Part shown: one piece after another, positions 36,492-44,108 of the stretch | Layout: each line of letters starts with the position of its first letter | Numbering within the stretch: the stretch's first letter is position 1 | Assembly (NCBI GenBank): GCA_003246575.1 | Contig: QJZZ01000001.1 | Span: forward strand, 31,978 to 95,977 | DNA length: 64,000 bases | Source: Candidatus Saccharimonadota bacterium | GTDB lineage: Bacteria; Patescibacteriota; Saccharimonadia; Saccharimonadales; Saccharimonadaceae | Reading direction: 5' to 3' | Position numbers and translations under genes: made by a program | The notes under the pieces: generated by a model | The model's input: the letters and a program-made list of their open reading frames with translations, nothing else | Databases searched by the model: none | What the model was told of the DNA's origin: nothing

Positions 36492-36884
36492 ATGAAGAAA
36501 ATGATATCAGCAGTTCTCAGCCTCGCCGTCATCGCTACGACGTCTCTTTATTTTGCTCCTGCGACTCATGCCCTTGATGGTGTCCAGAATGGCGCAAACG
36601 CAGCACGTGGCACCGATCAACCGATTGATCTTTTCGGCGCCAACGGCACCTTTTCACTGATTACAAACGTACTCCTCTTCATCATCGGTGCGATTGCAGT
36701 CATCATGATCGTCATCGGTGGCATGCGCTATGTGATCTCTGGAGGTGATTCAAACCAGATCACCGCTGCCAAAAACACGATTCTCTACGCCATCATCGGT
36801 ATCATCGTTGCGATTCTCGCATATGCCGCAGTCAACTTCGTTATCAGTAGCTTTGCTCCTGGCTCAACTGGTACGAACGTCTAG
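36492..36884 (+). CDS. T4SS-type pilin (TrbC/VirB2-like, Gram-positive/CPR 'T4SS_pilin' style)
   Basis: Signal peptide plus two TM helices flanking IGGMRYVISGGDSNQITAAKNTILYAIIG. Paralogous to the 42016-43985 genes. Confidence 0.8.
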   Translation: MKKMISAVLSLAVIATTSLYFAPATHALDGVQNGANAARGTDQPIDLFGANGTFSLITNVLLFIIGAIAVIMIVIGGMRYVISGGDSNQITAAKNTILYAIIGIIVAILAYAAVNFVISSFAPGSTGTNV

Positions 36885-38260
36885 GGTTTTTCGAGTAAGA
36901 CAAACGTCTCATCAGAGGATGGCATGACCTGCCATCCTTTTTCTATAAGCGCAGTTGATAGATCTTCGTCGCGGTACCAAAGGACACAGCGCACATCATA
37001 TCGCGCAAATTCTACATCACGAATCGTCGCATCGTCGCTCACGGATAGATACGTGTCCATATATTTCACACCGTCTTCATTCGTCCAGCTCGGCATACGT
37101 CCATCGATATAGACCGGCACGTCAGGGAGTTGCCAGATCATGTACCCACCAAAGTTGTAGTGATTGAACACGCGCCCAGGACATGGGTGTTCAGCCAAAT
37201 AAGCGACTTGCTCCGGTGCATACGGCGCAGCAGGCGTTGGCGGTAGGGATACGTAGCGTCCTACGGAGTACACAAGCCCCCCGACAAGCACCGAGGCAAG
37301 TAGCGTGAGACCGATACGGATGCCTCGTTCCCGCCACAGTGGCGCAAACGAGAACGTGTACGGAAGTTTCAGCTTCGACAATTCATACAGAGAAAACACG
37401 ATGAAGAGAGGGATATGCCGACCACTCATCAGGCTCATCGCAAACAAAAGAACATCGAGGTGCAACAGCCGCTTCCATTTGAACCCAGCGAACAAAATGA
37501 GTGCGCCCCAGAACCCAGCGTACGTACCAAAGAGCGCATCGACTTGCCACGGTTGCCATTCGCTGACTTGCAAATGAAGGGACGAGTCGGTCATCGTGCG
37601 AATAATCTCTTCGTACATGTGCCAGCCGTACGGATTAATGAACGTCACGGCCACGGCAGCGAGCAGAGCCGCCCAACGCAGCGGACGCTTCCAATGCAGG
37701 CGCAGCGTCTCAAGCCCAATATAGGCGAAGCCGAGCACAAACGATCCATGCATATTTGCCCAGACGAGCATCAATCCGATCATAAGCCAGTACCAACGAC
37801 GTAGGCGCACGATCAATATCAGGAGCGCAGAAAATAATACCGACACTGTGATGGCTCGAACACCCGCGTAGGGAAGGGCGATGACCGCCGCCAGTACGAG
37901 CGCAGAACGATATTTGAGCTTCCAGCCGGCAATCATGAACGCCGCCGTCCACGCCAGTGCGTGGAGAGCCGCCACAAGCCAATAGCCCACTTGATAGACA
38001 TAGCTCGTCAATACATCTGTCAGCCATTCATGATCGATCCACGGAAACGATCTCGCCGTATAGGTGAAAATGTCATGCTCCGGAATACCGCTTGCTCGGA
38101 TATACTCTCCGGCCGCAAGGTGCCAGCCAAAATCCGGATCATACAGAAAAAACCCGCGCACAAAAAATAGCGTAAAAACGATAGCTAGTACCGCCCACCT
38201 TGGCGGACGGATGATCCAAAGTAACGCTTGGTCTCGCCAATTCGCGAGGTGAACTTTCAT
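36881..38260 (-). CDS. polytopic membrane protein (~12 TM), GT-C/oligosaccharyltransferase-like (tentative)
   Basis: I trimmed the track ORF to MKVHLANW at 38260. There are many TM helices with a DPDFGWHLAAGEYI first loop and a ~150-aa C-terminal soluble domain. Confidence 0.6.
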   Translation of the reverse strand: MKVHLANWRDQALLWIIRPPRWAVLAIVFTLFFVRGFFLYDPDFGWHLAAGEYIRASGIPEHDIFTYTARSFPWIDHEWLTDVLTSYVYQVGYWLVAALHALAWTAAFMIAGWKLKYRSALVLAAVIALPYAGVRAITVSVLFSALLILIVRLRRWYWLMIGLMLVWANMHGSFVLGFAYIGLETLRLHWKRPLRWAALLAAVAVTFINPYGWHMYEEIIRTMTDSSLHLQVSEWQPWQVDALFGTYAGFWGALILFAGFKWKRLLHLDVLLFAMSLMSGRHIPLFIVFSLYELSKLKLPYTFSFAPLWRERGIRIGLTLLASVLVGGLVYSVGRYVSLPPTPAAPYAPEQVAYLAEHPCPGRVFNHYNFGGYMIWQLPDVPVYIDGRMPSWTNEDGVKYMDTYLSVSDDATIRDVEFARYDVRCVLWYRDEDLSTALIEKGWQVMPSSDETFVLLEKP

Positions 38261-38381
38261 AGTGACTACTATAACGGGAGATGGGGTGTAGGTACAGACG
38301 TTCATGCTATACTCAGCAGCCACACCCCCGATATTGACTTTTTCACATTTTTGATGTATAGTAAATGAATAAATTGCTGCT

Positions 38382-40268
38382 ATGCACGAAAACAAAAACC
38401 GCCAACACACAGAAGCAAACTATCGCCAAAAGATAGACACGGCGCTCGCGATACCGCTTGATGCCAAGACTATCGATAGCTACGCTGATGCTGCGATCGA
38501 CAACGTGGCAGCAATCCTGAACAGTGCAGTAGAGGGGTATGCGCACCAACCAACCATACACCTCGGCGAGGAGGCATCACAGCGAGAACGCGAAGATGCT
38601 GCTCTGTCATATTTTGGAATTGAAAATGTCGACTACATTATCGAGCATATCGTCAAAAAAGCCGACCAACTTCACGAGCTAGACAGCTTCATCACTCAGA
38701 TACCTCACATAGATACCGTCATCACCCCACCAGATACGGATGAGCAGTACGTAATTCGCCCAGGCAACGAGAAGCCATTCACGCGTGCCGAAGTACTGCC
38801 AAAACTAAAAACACTCCTCTTCATAGCAGAGAATGAGTTTGACATTGATATCCACGAGCCAGACCAGCTTCGGATATCACTCGGTCAAACGCCCGAAAAT
38901 AGTGTCCGCGAACACGGCTACTACACCGTTAAGTTTCCATCGATACATCGCACCGTTCTTGTCTGTGACGAAGCAAAAAATATGACGTTCGTACTCGACT
39001 CGTCGATACTAGATGACGCAAAAATCAACATCGATGCACTTAGCTCGATGACGAAGCAGTCGCTGAAAGAGTACATCGCACAGAACCCATCCAGTGGTCG
39101 ATCCATACCGTACACCGCGAACTACTCGACAGATATTCGACACGCACTTCATGACTTGTCGACCGAAACGCCAGAAACGAGCGAGGCGACCAATTATCTT
39201 GTGCCGCCAGCGCCCGAACATATACTTAGCGTAAAGAAGATTGCAGCAAAAGTTGCCGTCTCGGAACCCGTAGTGCGTAAAGCCATTCACGAACTTGGGA
39301 TTGCCGACAGCGGAGACTATCGATTCGGTCCGTACACTACCAAGGGCTACGACGAAGGCATCATCGACAGAATAGACGCATATTTAGAACAAAATGGCTA
39401 TCAGACAGCACACCCCCCCGAAGGTTCATTGAGCATCAACAAAATTAGCAGCATACTAGGCATCGATTATTACACCGCTTCAAATGCAGCTGCCGAGCTT
39501 GGCCTGCAGGGTCTAGGCAGCCATCGATTTGGAACCAGGATTGCCAAGGCATACAGCGAAGAGGATATGGAGAAAATACGCGACCACCTCAAGGCCGAGT
39601 GGCATCTAGACGAGCCCATACCAGAAGGGTATATGACTATCGTGGGGATTTACAGTGCGTTGAATGCAGGCAGGCGTGCTGTCGAGAGTCAAATTAGCAC
39701 CCTAGGGATCCGCCCCGCAGGAACATACATTATTGGATCAAAAAAGGCCGATGTATACAGCGACACAGACATCGCAAAGATTGCCAGAGGGCTCAAGGAT
39801 TCTGGGTACGCCACCGAAGTCGCACCAGACGGATATTTAAGCGCCAGGGGTATTGCAAAAAAGTTCGGAGTAGCAAACAGTTCTATCCAAAAAATCCTAT
39901 CAGATAACCCTAGTATACAAACATCTGGTTTGTATCGGTTTGGCCCACAATCTACCGATGCCTATGATACTGAAAATGTTGAAGCGGTTCGGAAAATACT
40001 TGATGCTCAAGGGTTCTTTTCGGGACCTGCGCCTGAAGGGTGTTCGTCAATAAGTCAAATTGCGACGCAGCAAAATCTCTCGATCCATCATATTGCAAAA
40101 ACGGTGGAGACGCTCGGTGTTAAACCAGTTGGCAGGTTCCGTTTTGGACATCGAATCGCAGATGCCTACCCCCCGGAATCAGTACAACAGATCGTCGACC
40201 ATGCCACTCAAGCGAGTGCTTCGAGAAAGAGGTCAATCGGCGAAGCCGCGACCAGTCCCTACGCGTAA
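38382..40268 (+). CDS. 628-aa protein: unknown N-domain + five tandem 68-aa winged-HTH-like repeats
   Basis: Promoter-like TTGACT-17-TATAGT lies upstream. The repeat anchors P-E/D-G/H fall at residues 278, 346, 414, 482 and 551. Confidence 0.8.
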   Translation: MHENKNRQHTEANYRQKIDTALAIPLDAKTIDSYADAAIDNVAAILNSAVEGYAHQPTIHLGEEASQREREDAALSYFGIENVDYIIEHIVKKADQLHELDSFITQIPHIDTVITPPDTDEQYVIRPGNEKPFTRAEVLPKLKTLLFIAENEFDIDIHEPDQLRISLGQTPENSVREHGYYTVKFPSIHRTVLVCDEAKNMTFVLDSSILDDAKINIDALSSMTKQSLKEYIAQNPSSGRSIPYTANYSTDIRHALHDLSTETPETSEATNYLVPPAPEHILSVKKIAAKVAVSEPVVRKAIHELGIADSGDYRFGPYTTKGYDEGIIDRIDAYLEQNGYQTAHPPEGSLSINKISSILGIDYYTASNAAAELGLQGLGSHRFGTRIAKAYSEEDMEKIRDHLKAEWHLDEPIPEGYMTIVGIYSALNAGRRAVESQISTLGIRPAGTYIIGSKKADVYSDTDIAKIARGLKDSGYATEVAPDGYLSARGIAKKFGVANSSIQKILSDNPSIQTSGLYRFGPQSTDAYDTENVEAVRKILDAQGFFSGPAPEGCSSISQIATQQNLSIHHIAKTVETLGVKPVGRFRFGHRIADAYPPESVQQIVDHATQASASRKRSIGEAATSPYA

Positions 40269-40320
40269 GGCTCCTCAGCTGCATAACAGGGAGGCGAGAT
40301 TCAATTTTGGCCATCGGGCA

Positions 40321-40360
40321 AAAATAATAAGACGACCGATATAGGTCGTCTTATTATTTT
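40321..40360. terminator. perfect bidirectional terminator hairpin
   Basis: aaaataataagacgacc gatata ggtcgtcttattatttt. Confidence 0.8.
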
Positions 40361-40448
40361 TGGCGGAGAGGGCGAGATTCGAACTCGCGGTGAGTTGCCC
40401 CACGACGGTTTTCAAGACCGTTACCTTAAACCACTCGGTCACCTCTCC
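40361..40448 (-). tRNA. tRNA-Ser (anticodon UGA), CCA encoded
   Basis: Reverse complement: ggagaggtgaccgagtggtttaaggta-acggt-ctTGAaa-accgt-variable arm-gcgag ttcgaat ctcgc-cctctcc-g-cca. Confidence 0.92.
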
Positions 40449-40557
40449 GTATATTGATTGTGAATTGTACCCACTGAGTACCGTGTGAAAACCGTCCGAA
40501 TTGACGTCTTCGTCATCAATTCCACGCCGGTTTGGTCGCTCCTGGCGACGCTTCGCC

Positions 40558-40593
40558 CAAGACCGTTACCTTAAACCACTCGGTCACCTCTCC
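40558..40593 (-). repeat. direct 36-nt copy of the 5' half of tRNA-Ser(UGA)
   Basis: caagaccgttaccttaaaccactcggtcacctctcc is identical to 40413-40448. Confidence 0.88.
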
Positions 40594-40630
40594 ATAATTA
40601 GTGAAGATACCAGGGGAGATTATACCAAAC

Positions 40631-41305
40631 TTACGGACGTACGTCGATAGGCTGACGAGAGGTGACTGCCACCCAGATATCACCAGCTCCTGCGTCCGCC
40701 AGAAGAGATGCGACTGCGCCGACGGTAAACCCAGTTGTATACACATCATCGACGAGAATATACGTAGTGTCCGCGGAGACAGGCCCAGAAAGCTCGTACG
40801 ACTCAGCAGCCTGGCGCTTTCGCTGCGTCCGCGACGCACCGTGCTGCACGTGTTGGACTTTTCGCGCGACGAGGTGCTGCAATGACACACGTCGTCGCCG
40901 TGCAAGTTCGGCCGCTATCTTTTCAGCGTGACCATACCCTCGCTGACGTATGTGGCGAGCGATTGTCGGGATGGGCACGATGATTGAACGTTCAGGAAGG
41001 TGGGGGAGAATCGCATCGAGAAGTTCAGCTTGGGCCCTACAGCCCGAGCGACTGGACCCGAACTTGCTCACAGACACCAGCGCGTCGAGCACACCCGTAT
41101 GTTCACCGACATACCAAGCATGTGAATAGGGCAATCTACACCGCGTACATCCACCCGACAACTGCCGTGGCAGCAAACAGGACGGACAGGCATCGGAGAA
41201 CTCTGAAACGATGTCGTCTTTACAACTTTCGCACAAAATGGCGCCAATTGCTCCGCAAGAGCAACAGTAGTCGGGCAAAATGAGCTCTAGAGGACCGTGT
41301 GGCAT
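40631..41305 (-). CDS. comF: ComF-family phosphoribosyltransferase-like protein
   Basis: An N-terminal Cys-rich zinc-finger-like region (CCSCG..CESC..CPSC..CTRC) plus the PRTase motif YILVDDVYTTG. I trimmed the track ORF to MPHG at 41305. Confidence 0.82.
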   Translation of the reverse strand: MPHGPLELILPDYCCSCGAIGAILCESCKDDIVSEFSDACPSCLLPRQLSGGCTRCRLPYSHAWYVGEHTGVLDALVSVSKFGSSRSGCRAQAELLDAILPHLPERSIIVPIPTIARHIRQRGYGHAEKIAAELARRRRVSLQHLVARKVQHVQHGASRTQRKRQAAESYELSGPVSADTTYILVDDVYTTGFTVGAVASLLADAGAGDIWVAVTSRQPIDVRP

Positions 41306-41414
41306 TGTTATTTTTACGTATACCCCTCTCGCGCGCTTGCGTATCTTTACAATAGTAGTTATAATCTCAAGTAGACTAGACGTCAAACTAGAGCCTAGAA
41401 AAGTGGAGGATATC

Positions 41415-41894
41415 ATGGCCCGTAAACAAAATGACGATTTGCTTATCGAGGACGAGCTGGCAGCAGCATTTCTCGATGACGACACGACTACTCCGGTTGA
41501 CGAACCGGTTGCCCAAGCTCCCGTACAGGAACAAGTGCAAGAAGACTGGCAAGACGAGCAGGATGATTTTCCTGGCCAGCTCGCTGTGGATGTATATGAA
41601 ACCGACGAACAACTCGTCATCAAAGCCCGCACCGCAGGCGTCAACAAGGAAGACCTTGATGTCAGCATTTCTGACGGCATCCTGTCTATTAGCGGCACCC
41701 TCAGTAGCGGCGACGACTCAGACGCAACCAACTGGCACGTTCAGGAATGTTACTGGGGCGAATTCAACCGCACCTTGGCACTTCCTGTTGCTGTTCGCGA
41801 AGAAGAAGTTGGCGCTGTCCTCAAAGACGGTGTCCTGACAATCACCTTCAATAAGGTCAAGCAAGAGCAGGCAAAGAAGATTACTATCCAGTAG
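41415..41894 (+). CDS. Hsp20/alpha-crystallin small heat-shock protein
   Basis: GGAGGA RBS. PGQLAVDVYETDEQLVIKA..GVNKEDLDVSISDGILSISG..FNRTLALP..AVLKDGVLTITF is the ACD pattern. Confidence 0.88.
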   Translation: MARKQNDDLLIEDELAAAFLDDDTTTPVDEPVAQAPVQEQVQEDWQDEQDDFPGQLAVDVYETDEQLVIKARTAGVNKEDLDVSISDGILSISGTLSSGDDSDATNWHVQECYWGEFNRTLALPVAVREEEVGAVLKDGVLTITFNKVKQEQAKKITIQ

Positions 41895-41911
41895 TCGATC
41901 AGCGTTACTCG

Positions 41912-41940
41912 AAATACTCCGCACTTGCGGAGTATTTTTT
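41912..41940 (+). terminator. intrinsic terminator
   Basis: aaatactccgc acttgc ggagtattttttat. Confidence 0.75.
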
Positions 41941-42015
41941 ATGTTGCATTATTTTTGCTCGCTATACAAAGATACCCCGCAAACGCGGGGTATCTATATT
42001 TCCAGAAGGGAAGTG

Positions 42016-42402
42016 TTATGCAGCGAAACTTGTGATAACGAAGTTGACAGCTGCGTATGCAAGGATAGCAACAATGATACCGATGATGGCATAGAGAATC
42101 GTGTTCTTCGCAGCAGTTACGGCGTTTGAGTCACCGCCAGATACAGTGTAGCGAATACCACCGATAACGAGCATGACGACAGCAACGGCACCGATGACAA
42201 AGAGGAGCACGTTAACAACTGTCTGGAAGACACCGCCTTCGCCGGTCAAGTTACTTGCCTGGCCGTTACCCCTGGCAGCATTGACTGAGTCACTAAGGCC
42301 TGGTACTACAGCAAACGAATCAGCTGGCAAGACAGAGCCAACGACGAGCGCAGCTACAGGCAAGGCAGCGATAAGGCCGATAAGTTTTTTGCTAAATTTC
42401 AT
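42016..42402 (-). CDS. T4SS-type pilin
   Basis: Signal peptide plus IGGIRYTVSGGDSNAVTAAKNTILYAIIGIIVAILAYAAVNFVI. The 28-aa TAAKN..NFVI block is identical to the same block in the 36492 product. Confidence 0.82.
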   Translation of the reverse strand: MKFSKKLIGLIAALPVAALVVGSVLPADSFAVVPGLSDSVNAARGNGQASNLTGEGGVFQTVVNVLLFVIGAVAVVMLVIGGIRYTVSGGDSNAVTAAKNTILYAIIGIIVAILAYAAVNFVITSFAA

Positions 42403-42477
42403 TGATGCTATCCCTTCTTAATTTAGTAGCGTCTTTATCTATTATTTATACCAGATAACGGATTGGGCGTAAAGCCC

Positions 42478-42843
42478 CTAGGCAAAGATCATGATGACGA
42501 ACTGGACTATCGCATAGGCGAATATTGCAACAGCGAGTCCGATGACCGCATACATGATCGTGTCTTTGGCTGCCTTGATTTGACCTGGCTCGCCATTTGA
42601 CGTCGTATAACGAATGCCGCCGACAATAATCATGATCACCGACACGCTACCGATCAAATACAATAAAGTATTGATGATGTTCCGGATCAAGCTTGTTGCA
42701 TCATCGGTATTCGCAGCCTTACATACCTGTGCGTCAGGGTTAGCCGCGCAATCATCGAACACATTGATGGCACCGACTGGCGCAACCAACAGGGTAGAAC
42801 CGAGCCCTACGAGGGTTAATAGATATCCTAATCGTTTCAGCAT
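42478..42843 (-). CDS. T4SS-type pilin
   Basis: Signal peptide plus VGGIRYTTSNGEPGQIKAAKDTIMYAVIG between two TM helices. Confidence 0.8.
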   Translation of the reverse strand: MLKRLGYLLTLVGLGSTLLVAPVGAINVFDDCAANPDAQVCKAANTDDATSLIRNIINTLLYLIGSVSVIMIIVGGIRYTTSNGEPGQIKAAKDTIMYAVIGLAVAIFAYAIVQFVIMIFA

Positions 42844-42852
42844 ATAGACTCC

Positions 42853-43593
42853 TTATCCTACGCTTCCTAATACAAATTGAGTGATAATGTATGCCATCAG
42901 TACTACGATGAGCCCAACAACGGCGCCCAGTATGCCCTTACGTGCACGCTGAACCATCTGCGCATCCCCACGAGACGTCACAAAGAAGAAGCCTGCGATG
43001 ACGATGACGAGCACCGCGACGATTGCCGCCCATATATATGCCGCATTCAAGATTGCAGCCAGTGCGCTCTGATCAGCGCCAACCTGTTGGATGTTCACAT
43101 TAGTACCGCCTATCTTCGATGTCGTACTCGTAGCAGTGAAGATCGATGAGACAAGCGTGACTGTCGCAACAGAAAAGATCGATATAATCAATCCCACCAA
43201 GGAATTGGTGATGGTCTTTTTTGCCGACGTCATGAGATTTGAATCACCAGCACTTGTAATGTACTGATAGCCACCCACGATCAACATAACAAGAGCCGCA
43301 TACCCAACGAGCTGCAGGATAATCTCGATAACGTTCATGACGATACGAGTTACGTATCCTTCGATACCGATTTGCGTATTTGGGTCGGTGACTTTACTCG
43401 CAATATCCTTCAGCTCACAGTTCGTCCCCGGTTTTGTCAGGCCCTTGTACCATGCAGGAAATGTGAGAAGCGTATCGCCACAAGTAGGACCTGTTGCATA
43501 CGTGCTTGTCGCTGGCTGCGCGATAGCTACCAGACCAGAGAGGCTGCCAATTATGGCAAGTGACAGTACGAATCGTTTGAATGTACGAATCAT
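42853..43593 (-). CDS. tandem (two-domain) T4SS-type pilin fusion
   Basis: Starts at MIRTFKRF (43593, TAATG overlap with the upstream gene). It contains two pilin modules: VGGYQYITSAGDSNLMTSAKKTI.. and IAGFFFVTSRGDAQMVQRARKGI.. Confidence 0.78.
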   Translation of the reverse strand: MIRTFKRFVLSLAIIGSLSGLVAIAQPATSTYATGPTCGDTLLTFPAWYKGLTKPGTNCELKDIASKVTDPNTQIGIEGYVTRIVMNVIEIILQLVGYAALVMLIVGGYQYITSAGDSNLMTSAKKTITNSLVGLIISIFSVATVTLVSSIFTATSTTSKIGGTNVNIQQVGADQSALAAILNAAYIWAAIVAVLVIVIAGFFFVTSRGDAQMVQRARKGILGAVVGLIVVLMAYIITQFVLGSVG

Positions 43594-43985
43594 TAGTTGA
43601 ACACCCCTCCTGGGACCAGCCACTGTATGGCCGCCCACATCAATGCGTACGCAACAATACCGATTGCCGCATTTCGAATCATCTCCTTTGCCTTCTTCGT
43701 CTGCCCCTCATCTGATTGGGCGGTAGTGTAGAGGAATGCTGCATAGGCAATCATTGCTACAGCAGCAAGACCGACCGCTCCACTCAATATGTTGACGATA
43801 TAGATCACGAGTAACCACGTACTGCTTGATTCAAGGTCCCCAGCATCAGACCCATCACATATACTCTGGGGGAGGACAGTACAGGTAATTCCAGCAGCGT
43901 ACGTAGGCGTTGATACTACCAGCGCCCCGCCAAGTAGTACGGTCAGTACCCCCGATGAGACGATTATTTGTTTTATTAGATTCAT
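43593..43985 (-). CDS. T4SS-type pilin (divergent)
   Basis: Signal peptide and two TM helices flanking AYAAFLYTTAQSDEGQTKKAKEMIRNAAIG. Confidence 0.72.
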   Translation of the reverse strand: MNLIKQIIVSSGVLTVLLGGALVVSTPTYAAGITCTVLPQSICDGSDAGDLESSSTWLLVIYIVNILSGAVGLAAVAMIAYAAFLYTTAQSDEGQTKKAKEMIRNAAIGIVAYALMWAAIQWLVPGGVFN

Positions 43986-44070
43986 AGCCCTAGCATAAGC
44001 GAGTGTTTGGTTTTATGCAACACCCCTGGCAGGTAGTCAAAAATACTCTTACCCCGTATAGACGTAAGCA

Positions 44071-44099
44071 TTGACTTTTTGGGCCTAAAGTGGTAGAAT
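44071..44099 (+). promoter_or_regulatory. sigma70-type promoter (TTGACT-17-TAGAAT) ~10 nt before the ATG
   Basis: ttgact ttttgggcctaaagtgg tagaat. The ATG at 44109 lies only 9 nt after the -10. Confidence 0.5.
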
Positions 44100-44108
44100 C
44101 AATAGGTA

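Noticed and set aside
41360-41400. HspR/HAIR-type operator upstream of hsp20 (tctcaagt half-site)
   Set aside because: Only one half-site is present, with no inverted partner at the N7 spacing.
40631-41731. 366-aa version of the comF ORF with a Ser/Cys-rich N-terminal extension
   Set aside because: The extension lies antisense to the hsp20 gene and its promoter region. ComF homology, including the zinc-finger Cys pairs, starts at the Met at 41305.
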